A stretch of 57,594 nucleotides of DNA. It comes from a virus (taxonomy: Duplodnaviria > Caudoviricetes). Both the position numbers and the translations under genes were made by a program. Positions 19,327 to 29,169 of the stretch are shown here, piece after piece (positions within the stretch are counted from its first letter, which is position 1; each line of letters begins with the position of its first letter). The stretch lies in the IMG/VR virus record IMGVR_UViG_3300009604_000012, positions 1 to 57,594 of that record; one strand, given 5' to 3'. The notes beneath the pieces were generated by a model. The model did no database searches. It saw only the letters and a program-made list of their open reading frames with translations, and had not been told where the DNA came from.

Positions 19327-21534
19327 ATGCAATTCCGAGAGACCTTCAAGAGTTGGCCGCGAGGCGTGGTGAGTGCTGGTCGCCCAGACCGGATTCATGC
19401 GGAGTCTGCGACGGATGCGACCAATGCCGCATTGGTGCATATCACCGGCTCACCGGTCACTGCCGTGCCACAGAAGCGGTTGGGATGCAGTATCCAAACT
19501 GCTGCGGGAGTTACCGGGAATGCGTCGATTCTTGGGTTGGATTGGTTTCGACGACGGAGTGGCGCGACATATACCGATTACTCACTTGCGGCGAGTAGTG
19601 GTGGGCGTTTGGATAAGTTGGCAGGGAGTGCCTGGGCACAAGCCGATTCAGGCACAGCAGCGTGGGCCACGAATGATGCCGATGGTATTCCGTCGATGGA
19701 GACCATGAACAACTTGTGGTTCATTGTCAACGGGGCAGACCAGAAGAAGTTCGATGGCACGAACATTACAAATTTTGGAATCGCCGCACCCGCCGCACCA
19801 ACCGAAGCGGTGCTCGGAGATTCAGGGAATCTGAATGGCACCTATCAATTTAAACTTACCTATTACAACAGCAACACTGGACACGAGAGTTCCGCGAGTC
19901 TAGTCAGCGATGACTGTGTAGCAAGTAGTAAAAAGGTGACGGTGAGTTGGGTTGCTCCCGCAGGGGTTGATGAACAGGTTACGCATGTGCGCGTGTTCGT
20001 GCGCGAGACCAGCACCCAGTCAACGTGGTTCCGGTTAAACGCCGAAGCCGATGCGGTGTTGGATGGAGGAGCCTACGCAGCAGCGCATGGTGGGTGGGCT
20101 GTTATAGATGATGGAGCAGGGAGCATCCGTCTCGATATCACCACAGCGTCGATCAATGACCTGATTATCCAAGTGCCCGGTGAATCAGAGAATAACCCAC
20201 CCTCAAGCAGTGCATCATCGATTACCAAGTATGCCTCTCGGATGTTCTATACCGATGGGGTGGATCTCTTCTACAGTAAGATTGGCTTCCCCGAAGCCTT
20301 TGATACGAGTGATTATGAACGGGTCAATCCTGATGATGGGCAGCGCATTATTGGCCTCCTCGCAGTGACAGAAGGCATGCTCTTTATTTTCAAAGAGCAC
20401 TCGCTCTATGCCTTGCGAGGACTGGACCCGAACAGTTGGGAAATCAGACTCGTCAGTGAATCGATTGGCTTATCGGGTGTGCGGTCGTTTACAACACTCG
20501 ATGGCATTGCCTACTGGTGGAGTCAGTCGGGACCCTATCAGTGGTCATCAGGAAAAGGTGTGCAACCGATTGGCTTCCCTGATGTGTCGGATAAGTTTGA
20601 TGAGAGTAATGTAAGAGCAAACCTCTTGCACACTACTATCGTAAATAAGGATGTCGAGCGGCAGCGTATCTTCTTTGCCTATCCCCACGATACCGCGTCA
20701 GCACGGAACACGAAGCTCCTGGTGTATAACCATCGGCTTCAGGTGTGGGAAGGAACGTGGGACCCGATGGATATCAGTGCGTTAGGGAATCTTCCCGGCA
20801 CCAACAACGCGCCGTTTTTACATATCGGGAATTACTCAGGTCGTTTGTTTCGGATGTGGGATGGAGCCGTCGATGGGGTGCGGTTGAGTAGCGGAGGCAC
20901 GTTCTATACCCTTAGCGGGTCTCCATCTGAGACTTCGGGAGCAGCAACGCTGACCGATAGCACCGCGACCTTTGATACCGCGAACGATGGCTTAGACCAG
21001 TTGGTGGTAATTGCGATTGCCCCGGATGGCACCACCCAACGTCGGATTATCAGTTCAAGCACGGGCACCGTTTTGACGGTGACCGCGAATTGGTCACAGA
21101 AGCCTACGAGTAACTATACGTATGTGATTGCGGCCCCAGACTTTTCATGGTCGACCATCCACAGTGACCGGGTGCAGGGGCGGGATGGCTTGATGTTCTC
21201 ATCCCCCTTTCGTCGGAAGCGCTACAAACAACTGTTGGTCTCAGCGCTGAGTGCAACGGGAAATGCCAATGTCGATGTGGATGTGCATTTGGATACAAGT
21301 GACACACGCGCTCTGTCAGTTACCGCATCGGCATCGGAGGTTTCTGGTGCGATCTTCGGCACAGCGATCTTTGACACGAGTGTCTTTGGTGAAGCGGGGG
21401 TTGCGACGATTAAGAAGCGAATTGGGCGTTCAGGACGAGCGATTGGGTTCGTCGTGCGAAATCGGGAACCGAACACACATATCTTGTTACTGGCCTTGTC
21501 CTATATGGGGACCTTGGTCTCGGAGAAATCATAA
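19327..21534 (+). CDS. Tail nozzle/stabilisation protein (P22 gp10/T7 gp12-like)
   Basis: 735 aa, beta-propeller-like (LFYSKIGFPEAF, LFIFKEHSLY, LVYN); follows the adaptor. Confidence 0.75.
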   Translation: MQFRETFKSWPRGVVSAGRPDRIHAESATDATNAALVHITGSPVTAVPQKRLGCSIQTAAGVTGNASILGLDWFRRRSGATYTDYSLAASSGGRLDKLAGSAWAQADSGTAAWATNDADGIPSMETMNNLWFIVNGADQKKFDGTNITNFGIAAPAAPTEAVLGDSGNLNGTYQFKLTYYNSNTGHESSASLVSDDCVASSKKVTVSWVAPAGVDEQVTHVRVFVRETSTQSTWFRLNAEADAVLDGGAYAAAHGGWAVIDDGAGSIRLDITTASINDLIIQVPGESENNPPSSSASSITKYASRMFYTDGVDLFYSKIGFPEAFDTSDYERVNPDDGQRIIGLLAVTEGMLFIFKEHSLYALRGLDPNSWEIRLVSESIGLSGVRSFTTLDGIAYWWSQSGPYQWSSGKGVQPIGFPDVSDKFDESNVRANLLHTTIVNKDVERQRIFFAYPHDTASARNTKLLVYNHRLQVWEGTWDPMDISALGNLPGTNNAPFLHIGNYSGRLFRMWDGAVDGVRLSSGGTFYTLSGSPSETSGAATLTDSTATFDTANDGLDQLVVIAIAPDGTTQRRIISSSTGTVLTVTANWSQKPTSNYTYVIAAPDFSWSTIHSDRVQGRDGLMFSSPFRRKRYKQLLVSALSATGNANVDVDVHLDTSDTRALSVTASASEVSGAIFGTAIFDTSVFGEAGVATIKKRIGRSGRAIGFVVRNREPNTHILLLALSYMGTLVSEKS

Positions 21535-21995
21535 TGAGTCAATTTCCAATTGGTGGTCCGTGGCACCAGCGTCCTCCATTTCCTCCACGGTGGCCTGTAC
21601 CTGGACGTGAGGGACCGATTTTCGATGGACCTCCGCTCAATGACGATGGCACGAGGCCGATACCAAGAAGACCAGGTGGTCCTATGCAGCGCACGGGTCC
21701 CTATGTACCCCCACCGGGTATGCCGATTCCAGGGGGTCCGGGCGATCCAAGGACCAACCCACGAGCGGGTGGGATACCTGAGCCAATGGGAGAGCGGATG
21801 CTAGCCCCTGTTGAGGGACCGCCGTTGGTTGCCAACACACCACTGGCTAGACGCCCGATGTGGACACCTCCACCGTTACCACCAACACCATACCCAGTAC
21901 CTCCGAACCAAGTAGGTGCTGCTCGATCACCGAGAGTACTGCCTCCTGAATTTGGAATGGCATTACGGCAGTACTTGATGAATAGGCGTGTGTAA
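21534..21995 (+). CDS. Proline-rich low-complexity protein
   Basis: TAATG coupling on both sides. Confidence 0.65.
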   Translation: MSQFPIGGPWHQRPPFPPRWPVPGREGPIFDGPPLNDDGTRPIPRRPGGPMQRTGPYVPPPGMPIPGGPGDPRTNPRAGGIPEPMGERMLAPVEGPPLVANTPLARRPMWTPPPLPPTPYPVPPNQVGAARSPRVLPPEFGMALRQYLMNRRV

Positions 21996-22375
21996 TGGCA
22001 CTCGAACGTCAACCACCCGAGGACCGGCAGGACCACTTGCCGATCAATCGCCCAGACTCGTTAGCGCGTCCGAGTTTCGATGCGAATGTGCTCGAAACCG
22101 AACGGACGAAGCGGTCTCCGTTTGCGGCGTTTACGTTTGTGGATGTGACGTTTGGCACAGCGAATACGGATTACATCATCTCGCACACACTGACAACACC
22201 AGACCCCGAGGTGATTCGCTGGTGGGTAATACAGAATGACACCGCTGGAGTGGTCTATCGGGACCCGTCAGCATCGGGTGTCGCCCCACGCAACTGGGGA
22301 GAGGGGTATGTCGTGTTGAAGTGTTCGGTGGCAAATGCCAATGTGCGGTTACTGTTGTTTGTGGAGCAGATATGA
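21995..22375 (+). CDS. Putative tail protein
   Basis: Coupled ORF; IISHTLTTP beta-rich pattern seen near fibre genes. Confidence 0.6.
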   Translation: MALERQPPEDRQDHLPINRPDSLARPSFDANVLETERTKRSPFAAFTFVDVTFGTANTDYIISHTLTTPDPEVIRWWVIQNDTAGVVYRDPSASGVAPRNWGEGYVVLKCSVANANVRLLLFVEQI

Positions 22376-23700
22376 AGAAACTAGTGCTTGCCCTCATGCT
22401 ATCAATGCTCTCTCTAAATGTGCATGCTCAGATTGATCCAACGAATACCTTTTCCGTTGGGCAGATCATTACGGCAAGTGGGATGAATACAAACTTTGTG
22501 GACCTAGGAGCGTCTGCACTCAATCGTGCATCTGGAGGAAATATCACAGGGAACATTACCGTCGCGGGTGGTATCACGATTGATGGTGCTGATGTCGGTG
22601 CTTATCTGGCGACCAATGTCTATGCACAGGATAGCGGTGCGGCAGGCGACCCCTCGTTTAGTTGGGTGGGGGACACCGATAACGGGATGTTCTTGGGTGG
22701 TACAAATATTGTGGACTTCGCCACCGCAGGGTCAGCACGGATGCGAATCGCCGCAGATGGCACCGTAGCGATTAACTCCACCTCTGCGAGTGCGTTGGAT
22801 ATTGCAGGAGGATTAAACGCAGGATCGGGGAATGTCGCAATCATCAGCGCAGCAGGGAAAATCCCTGCACTGCATGGGGATTTCTTCGCGGATACAGCGG
22901 TGGCCGCGAGCTTGCTGACAGGAACGGTGGCAACCGCGAGACTGGGATCAGGCACCGCGAGTAGTTCGACCTTCCTCCGAGGTGATGGGTCATGGCAAGC
23001 GGTGACAGCGGGTGTGGCAGGCAGTGATACCCAAGTGCAATATAACAATGGTGGAGCACTGGGTGGCGATTCAGGATTCACATTTAATGACTCTACGAAT
23101 GCCGTGACCATTACCGGCACCGCCGCGAACTCCCTTGATATCGGTGGGGGACTGAACGCTGGAACCGGGAATGTTGGGGTGATTAACGCTGCCGGGAAAA
23201 TCCCTGCGATTTCATCAACCTACTTCGCCAGTCTCGCATTGGCGGCATCAAACCTCACCGGGTGTTGCCGGGTGTTGCAGATTGTGGAAGGCACCACGAC
23301 AACGGATGCGAACACTGCGAGTGGCACCTATGCGGACACAAACCTCACAGCCGCGATTACGCCAGCGAGCACGGATAACAAGATTCTTGTCATCGTGACA
23401 CAGAATGGTGTGGTGGCCTATGACGTAGGGGGAGGAGGACCGTCAGCAACCGGGATGGATCTGAAGCTCCTTCGTGATGCAACGGATATCGGCCTGATCG
23501 TCGGTGATGGGGCAAACGCCTATGATAATGAGGGGTCAAGAACGGCAGCATTTGTCGAACTCGACTCGCCAAGCTCCACGAGTGCGTTGACATACAAAAC
23601 CCAATATCGCGTAGCGGGTGGGGGAGATAGTGATAGTCGTGCTCGGGTGCAATTGAATAGTTCTGAAAGCAAAATCATCCTGATTGAAATCGGGTATTGA
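22372..23700 (+). CDS. Second tail fibre-like protein with signal peptide
   Basis: True start probably 22372 (ATGA overlap): MKKLVLALMLSMLSLNVHA|Q. NTFSVGQIITASGMNTNF head motif; shares modules with the 14618 protein. Confidence 0.8.
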   Translation: MKKLVLALMLSMLSLNVHAQIDPTNTFSVGQIITASGMNTNFVDLGASALNRASGGNITGNITVAGGITIDGADVGAYLATNVYAQDSGAAGDPSFSWVGDTDNGMFLGGTNIVDFATAGSARMRIAADGTVAINSTSASALDIAGGLNAGSGNVAIISAAGKIPALHGDFFADTAVAASLLTGTVATARLGSGTASSSTFLRGDGSWQAVTAGVAGSDTQVQYNNGGALGGDSGFTFNDSTNAVTITGTAANSLDIGGGLNAGTGNVGVINAAGKIPAISSTYFASLALAASNLTGCCRVLQIVEGTTTTDANTASGTYADTNLTAAITPASTDNKILVIVTQNGVVAYDVGGGGPSATGMDLKLLRDATDIGLIVGDGANAYDNEGSRTAAFVELDSPSSTSALTYKTQYRVAGGGDSDSRARVQLNSSESKIILIEIGY

Positions 23701-23711
23701 GGAATTTTGGA

Positions 23712-23936
23712 ATGCGTTTAGACAAGATTGATAACCTCGAAGATGTGCGCCAATGGATTTATGGGCATGACGCACGGTCAGAGGAGCGGTGGGAATACCA
23801 AGGGAAAGCCAACGAGACTATTGACCAGAAGCTCGCCTCGATCAACATGCGCTTGAGTGCATTGGAACGTCGGGTGATTTGGATTTCGGCGGTGTTCTCG
23901 GCTGGTGGCGCAGCAGGAGGATCGTTCTTCTTTTAG
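23712..23936 (+). CDS. Holin-like/XhlA-like small membrane protein
   Basis: Coiled coil followed by a C-terminal TM segment; near the lysin. Confidence 0.5.
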   Translation: MRLDKIDNLEDVRQWIYGHDARSEERWEYQGKANETIDQKLASINMRLSALERRVIWISAVFSAGGAAGGSFFF

Positions 23937-23939
23937 ACC

Positions 23940-25103
23940 ATGGCTACTAGGATTGCTCTCAATATTGATCCATATCTGAAGTCCTGGCCGGTACAGGTGC
24001 GTCAGAAGCGGTTCGATGTACCGCCAGCTCCAGATCAAGGTCCGTTGGATCTTGAGTCGCTCTTAGCGGAACCTTTCAGGCCAGCGGAGGATGATCGCAC
24101 ACTCCTCAAACGAGGGGCGAATAACATAGCGGATTTCCTCTGGGGCACAACTCCAGAGGAAACGGTGTTTGGTGACCTTATGGGTGCGCTCATGGGCACC
24201 AACCTCATGGTCTCGGGTGCAGAACGCGCTGTACTCGATCCCGTCAGACGAGCATTGCTGAATAAAGAACTTACATCAGAGATCACGAAATATCTTACAG
24301 ATGTGCCCTCACAGCAAGCGACCATGCTGAATCTTGTGAAGAGTCATCCAAGAACCGCTGCGCTGTTCAAGCTCCGTGGTGGGACGATTCGAGCTGCGGA
24401 ACCGTCATCTACACGAGCGATTGCGGATTATTCACCCACTCTCGAACAAATCCGATTACATCCAGAGAAAGCTCTTGATGCGATAAGTACGGTTGATTGG
24501 CTTCGGGCAAAACTTGCTGCTGACCCGACTGCGATTACGTCGGCAGGAGTGCAGAGGTTGCCGGGGCAAGATAGAATCTGGCGGCATTTGACGAGGATTG
24601 GACGAACGGAGGGGGTCGCGACCCCATCTCCGATTACTCACGAGTTTGGTCATGTCGGGCAAGGAATCTCTGGAACGGGGCGAAGGAAGATCGAGGCCGC
24701 GAGAACAACGACCGGACGGAAGCAACTCACGGAAGTTGAGCTGGGTGCTCGCATTACCGAAGCGAATCAAACCTTACGCCGACGCTTGTCAGAGTATAAC
24801 AAGTTCGCAAAAGGACAGGCTTCTGTGCCTACCGTGCGGGTTTCCCCCGCTGATCGGATGAAGCTCGCACAGCACCATGCGCTAACTGATCCGGGGTGGC
24901 TTACATATCTCTATGACTTACCTGAGAACGCACTTGTGCAAACGAAGTCTCTCCGTGGTGGACGGGCGTTCACTGCGAAAGAGATTCGAGAGTGGGCTGA
25001 TACTGCGACTGGCCTTGGGCCAACAAAAACAGGCGGGGAGGTGGCATTGCCTCCCGACCGGCAGGATCTCTTTTCAGCAGTAATGGATTGGTTTGGGGAC
25101 TAA
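23940..25103 (+). CDS. Putative zincin metallopeptidase-domain protein
   Basis: ITHEFGHVGQ (HExxH) with downstream EVELGAR. Confidence 0.6.
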   Translation: MATRIALNIDPYLKSWPVQVRQKRFDVPPAPDQGPLDLESLLAEPFRPAEDDRTLLKRGANNIADFLWGTTPEETVFGDLMGALMGTNLMVSGAERAVLDPVRRALLNKELTSEITKYLTDVPSQQATMLNLVKSHPRTAALFKLRGGTIRAAEPSSTRAIADYSPTLEQIRLHPEKALDAISTVDWLRAKLAADPTAITSAGVQRLPGQDRIWRHLTRIGRTEGVATPSPITHEFGHVGQGISGTGRRKIEAARTTTGRKQLTEVELGARITEANQTLRRRLSEYNKFAKGQASVPTVRVSPADRMKLAQHHALTDPGWLTYLYDLPENALVQTKSLRGGRAFTAKEIREWADTATGLGPTKTGGEVALPPDRQDLFSAVMDWFGD

Positions 25104-25106
25104 AAG

Positions 25107-25595
25107 ATGACCCCAACGATTGATACGCTCCTCGATGAAATCCTGGCCCGAGAGGGATCGAAGGATACCAATGATCCAAATGATTCGGGTGGGCGTACCA
25201 AATTTGGAATTAGCCAACGCTGGCACCCAGCTGCGTGGGAAGACGGACCACCCACACGCGAAGCGGCGAAGGAGATTTTCTTTAGTCTCTATGTGATGAA
25301 GCCTAAGTTGCATCTGGTTACCCCGGATTATCTCTTGGGACAGCTTGTGGATTATGCCGTGCTGAGTGGGCCACATCGAGCTATCGTCGCGTTGCAGCAT
25401 ATTGTGGATGTTTCCGAGGATGGGTTGCTGGGACCGATCACCTTGGGCGCACTAGCAGCACAGGAACCACGTACGGTGAATAACGCTATCGTAGATCGGC
25501 GTGTGTTGCTCATGACACGGTTAGTACAACAACGACCAAAAGACTTGGTGTGGCTCTATGGGTGGGTCTCTCGGGCACTGAAATTTAGGGTATAA
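25107..25595 (+). CDS. Endolysin, glycoside hydrolase family 108 with PG-binding domain
   Basis: REG...DPNDSGGRTKFGI, DYAVLSG, DGLLGPITL, GWVSR. Confidence 0.92.
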   Translation: MTPTIDTLLDEILAREGSKDTNDPNDSGGRTKFGISQRWHPAAWEDGPPTREAAKEIFFSLYVMKPKLHLVTPDYLLGQLVDYAVLSGPHRAIVALQHIVDVSEDGLLGPITLGALAAQEPRTVNNAIVDRRVLLMTRLVQQRPKDLVWLYGWVSRALKFRV

Positions 25596-25597
25596 CT

Positions 25598-27955
25598 ATG
25601 GCTCTAGGTAATGGATACGGTTTGGTGAACAGTACGGGTGGGATTAAGCGGTGGGATGATTACGATGACCCGAATGCCTCCCAGTCCCAACAGGCGAATA
25701 GGAATGCCCAAGGGGGGTGGGATACAAATAATGATACTTCCTCAGGCGACGGGTGGGTGGCACAACCGGCGCAAGCAGCACAGCCAGCGGCGGGTGGGCG
25801 GACAGACAATTGGTCGAACTTTACCCTGAGTGGTTATGATGATCCGGGTCGTGACCCAGGTGAGCAATATACTCCGCAGGCCCCAGAACCACAGCCAGCA
25901 CCTCAACAGACCCCCGGAGGACGAGGGAGACACCCAGGACCATCTCCATCCGGTGATACCGCACTGTGGAATTGGTGGCAAAATTGGCAACGTAATGCGA
26001 ATGACCCACGAGTTGAAGCGTGGTGGGGACGGTATGCGCCAACAGTATATGGAGATCATCCAACAAATATACAATGGCAACCTTCGGCAAATCCTGCGTG
26101 GTTTGCACAGCAAGCAATAGACCCTGCTTTCCAATCCACGAGAGACCACTGGCTTCGTAACTTACAACAAGGATGGCATCAGGGATTTCTTCATGATCGC
26201 GACCCCTATCAAGAAGGCTTAACCTACTATAAAGACCAAGGTGGTGCTGATTACAATTGGACTGGAACGCAGTGGCGCACGGGTGTGCCAACAGGGTATC
26301 ACCTTGATCCTGAAACGAGTGAGCTTGCAGGCTATAAGGACTGGGCTAAAGAAAATAACATCGTTGGTCCGTGGACAGCAGGGCATGCTGACTTTGCCAG
26401 TTGGCGTGATGATGCCCAATTCCGCAATCAGTGGGCACAGAATACGTTAGCGGCATTTCAAGCGCGGGGCGGTGGTGGCGGAATCTATGCCGACCCACCA
26501 GATGGTATTAACGCCGAAGATTCTAAGTGGGACCAGTGGCTTCGTACCGATGGGGGGAGAGACCATACCTCAGCGAATATCTTAGGGTTTCTGCAAACGC
26601 ACTATGGTGGTCAGTTCAACAAAACAGGGTTAGCCGCCGCACTCCCCATAATGCAATGGCTCTTTGGGAGTCATATCAAAATCGTTGGGTCTGGTGGCGA
26701 TAAGATCGACTTCGGTCCCCCACTTGGTGTCGTAGACCTTATCCGAGATGTCAAAGGCGAGCATGGTGGCACGGCGTGGATTTGGTTACCGGATAAAGAT
26801 AATACCAATCTCCATGGTGGGGGAGGTGGTCGCGGGGCGGCTGGGGCCGGTGGTGGGCAATATGGTGGTGGCCCCCCCGGAGGGTATCAGCCGGGTGCGG
26901 GGGGATGGCAACAAAATCCCTATGGCTCGGGGCAGGGTGGATGGTTTGATCCAACGCAGACTCCTGTAGTGAACTTTCCTGCACCGGGCGTCTCATCACA
27001 GTATGCTCCCGGAGCACCACCCGCAGATGGCTTGCCAACGTATGGTGGGTATCAGTTTACGAATGAAGGACTCCCGGTCTATCAGCAGTTTCAATATGAC
27101 CCGAACATGACCTACCAAGCGGGACAGGTGGGGCAGTTTTCTCCACTGGATCAAAGTGGTCTCAATCAAGTGCAGCGCACTACGGTTCAGCAGATGTTGG
27201 AGAACCCCACACTCAGTGACCAAGTGCTCGCGCAGATGCGTGAACAGCACAAGGACACCGTGTTGAGTATGGGAGAACAACTAGGACAACAAGCAGCTCA
27301 ACGTGCTGCCGCGCAAGGCACCTTTGGTGGGGGGCAATACGGAAGTAGTCTTGGTGACATTCAGAGATCGATGGCTGGGGATATTACAAAAGGCTATCGA
27401 GACCTGAATGTGCAAGCTGCCGACATCAACCGACAGGCACGGGAACGCGCACTTGGGTTATCGGAAGATGTGCTCGGTGGACAGACGAGCCGTGGCATCG
27501 CTGGGTATCAAACGGCGTTAGCTGGGCAGATGGCCCAGGAGGGGTTATATCAACAAGCGGCAGAATCGCTGCGAAATGCTCAAGTACTCAGCGCACAAGA
27601 GCACCAACGCGCCTATCAGAATCAACTCGCGAATCAGGCATGGCTTCGTGAAGGACAGCAGCTTCAGGCTGGTGAGGATCGCTATGCGTTTGGTACGGAA
27701 CAGCAAGCCTCGCAGGATGCGTATCAACGCTATCTCTCCGGTGAAGAACTGCAACAGCGACAAGCGCAGCAGGAACTCGCTCGTTATCAAGCGTGGGCAA
27801 ATCAGCAGGCCCAGCAACAGCAGATGGCGATTCAGATGTATCTCGGTCGTGGCGGTCTCGCGGCTGGACAGGATCAGCTCGCACTCCAGCAGATTGCGGA
27901 GCAGAACAGATATAACAAGTGGCAGTGGGAGAACTTCGGTAATTTATTAGGATAG
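25598..27955 (+). CDS. Putative internal virion/ejection protein
   Basis: Gly/Gln/Trp-rich; C-terminal Gln/Ala coiled coil with AAAQGTFGGG. Confidence 0.6.
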   Translation: MALGNGYGLVNSTGGIKRWDDYDDPNASQSQQANRNAQGGWDTNNDTSSGDGWVAQPAQAAQPAAGGRTDNWSNFTLSGYDDPGRDPGEQYTPQAPEPQPAPQQTPGGRGRHPGPSPSGDTALWNWWQNWQRNANDPRVEAWWGRYAPTVYGDHPTNIQWQPSANPAWFAQQAIDPAFQSTRDHWLRNLQQGWHQGFLHDRDPYQEGLTYYKDQGGADYNWTGTQWRTGVPTGYHLDPETSELAGYKDWAKENNIVGPWTAGHADFASWRDDAQFRNQWAQNTLAAFQARGGGGGIYADPPDGINAEDSKWDQWLRTDGGRDHTSANILGFLQTHYGGQFNKTGLAAALPIMQWLFGSHIKIVGSGGDKIDFGPPLGVVDLIRDVKGEHGGTAWIWLPDKDNTNLHGGGGGRGAAGAGGGQYGGGPPGGYQPGAGGWQQNPYGSGQGGWFDPTQTPVVNFPAPGVSSQYAPGAPPADGLPTYGGYQFTNEGLPVYQQFQYDPNMTYQAGQVGQFSPLDQSGLNQVQRTTVQQMLENPTLSDQVLAQMREQHKDTVLSMGEQLGQQAAQRAAAQGTFGGGQYGSSLGDIQRSMAGDITKGYRDLNVQAADINRQARERALGLSEDVLGGQTSRGIAGYQTALAGQMAQEGLYQQAAESLRNAQVLSAQEHQRAYQNQLANQAWLREGQQLQAGEDRYAFGTEQQASQDAYQRYLSGEELQQRQAQQELARYQAWANQQAQQQQMAIQMYLGRGGLAAGQDQLALQQIAEQNRYNKWQWENFGNLLG

Positions 27956-27967
27956 GGATAGATACTC

Positions 27968-29167
27968 ATGGCAAATGGTATCAATAACATGGTTCCAGCA
28001 ACGCAAGCCTATTTTAATAGGTCCTCGAATCCATATAGGTCCTCGAATCCATATTCGGGTGCTGCCGCCTGGGGAAATCTCGCCAATGCCACTATGGGGG
28101 GTGCAGGCAACGACCGCTCCTTCGCAGAACGGTATATGCCGTATTTCCTCGGTGGTGCCCAATTAGGATTGGGAGCATATGGCGCATACAGAGGTGCTCA
28201 AGACCAACAAGAGCAGAATGCGCTGATGATGATGGAGAATCGGCGCGAGCAGATGAATCAATACCTCGCGGCGAAGGCGATGGCACAAGCGGATCTCTTC
28301 AAGGGATGGGATGCCGCAGCGGTGCAAAGTGCGGTGCAGGGTGTCGGTGCCACGCAGCTCGATCCCTACGCACGGAATCGATTTAAGTCGAGATTGCAGC
28401 TTGCGCGGCTGTTTGGAAATCAGGCAGGAGACTACTCCATTCAGCGTGGGCCACAAGGCTTAACGTCTGTCGGTGGGGCAAGTATTCCACTTGGTGGGCT
28501 TTCGCAATATATCCCTGCGATGTCGCCAGAGGAAATGGCAGAGGGGGCTTCGCGCTTTGATACGGCTGTTTCGGCATTGGTGCCAGCACAACGAGCGGAG
28601 TGGCAGCAGGGTGCGCTGGATGCCATCAATCAAATTCCCGGTAACCCCGACACGCTCTTCGATGACCCTGCGGGACAGTTGATGCAACAGCAGGCATTGA
28701 GAAACTTCTTGGGTGGAGGACAGGAGCAGCAGGAGGGGCGTGGCTTCTGGCGTAACTTCGCGAGGATTGCTGCTCCGATTGCTACGTTTGCGATACCGGG
28801 TGTCGGACCTATCGTTGGAGGAGCACTCGGTGCGTATGGCAACTCCCGGCCTGGAGAGTTTGGGTGGGGAAGTCTCGCAAAGGGTGCCGGAATGGGCTAT
28901 GCCGGGGGTGCGCTTATGGGTGGGGTTACGGGAACGCCTTGGCGTGAGGCATTCAATCCAAACTTTGGAAATCTCGCGAGTGGTGATGCGTGGCGTAGCA
29001 TGCCATTCACCTCGGCGTTTCGCAGTGCTGACGCAGGAGCGGTGTCACCCAGCGTTTTTACAGGTCCTCCAGACATGCGTGGTTGGCTCGGCGGTGGTAC
29101 TTATGGGAGTGGAACTCCTACCTTCACTGGTGGCGGTGCTACGGCAAGATTCCGAACAGGTAACTAA
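27968..29167 (+). CDS. Putative ejection/pilot protein with glycine zippers
   Basis: IPGVGPIVGGALG and GAGMGYAGG motifs; 18-bp tandem duplication at 28017-28052. Confidence 0.6.
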   Translation: MANGINNMVPATQAYFNRSSNPYRSSNPYSGAAAWGNLANATMGGAGNDRSFAERYMPYFLGGAQLGLGAYGAYRGAQDQQEQNALMMMENRREQMNQYLAAKAMAQADLFKGWDAAAVQSAVQGVGATQLDPYARNRFKSRLQLARLFGNQAGDYSIQRGPQGLTSVGGASIPLGGLSQYIPAMSPEEMAEGASRFDTAVSALVPAQRAEWQQGALDAINQIPGNPDTLFDDPAGQLMQQQALRNFLGGGQEQQEGRGFWRNFARIAAPIATFAIPGVGPIVGGALGAYGNSRPGEFGWGSLAKGAGMGYAGGALMGGVTGTPWREAFNPNFGNLASGDAWRSMPFTSAFRSADAGAVSPSVFTGPPDMRGWLGGGTYGSGTPTFTGGGATARFRTGN

Positions 29168-29169
29168 CT

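Noticed and set aside
14618-23700. Diversity-generating retroelement acting on the fibres
   Set aside because: No reverse transcriptase, and repeat differences are synonymous rather than adenine-specific.
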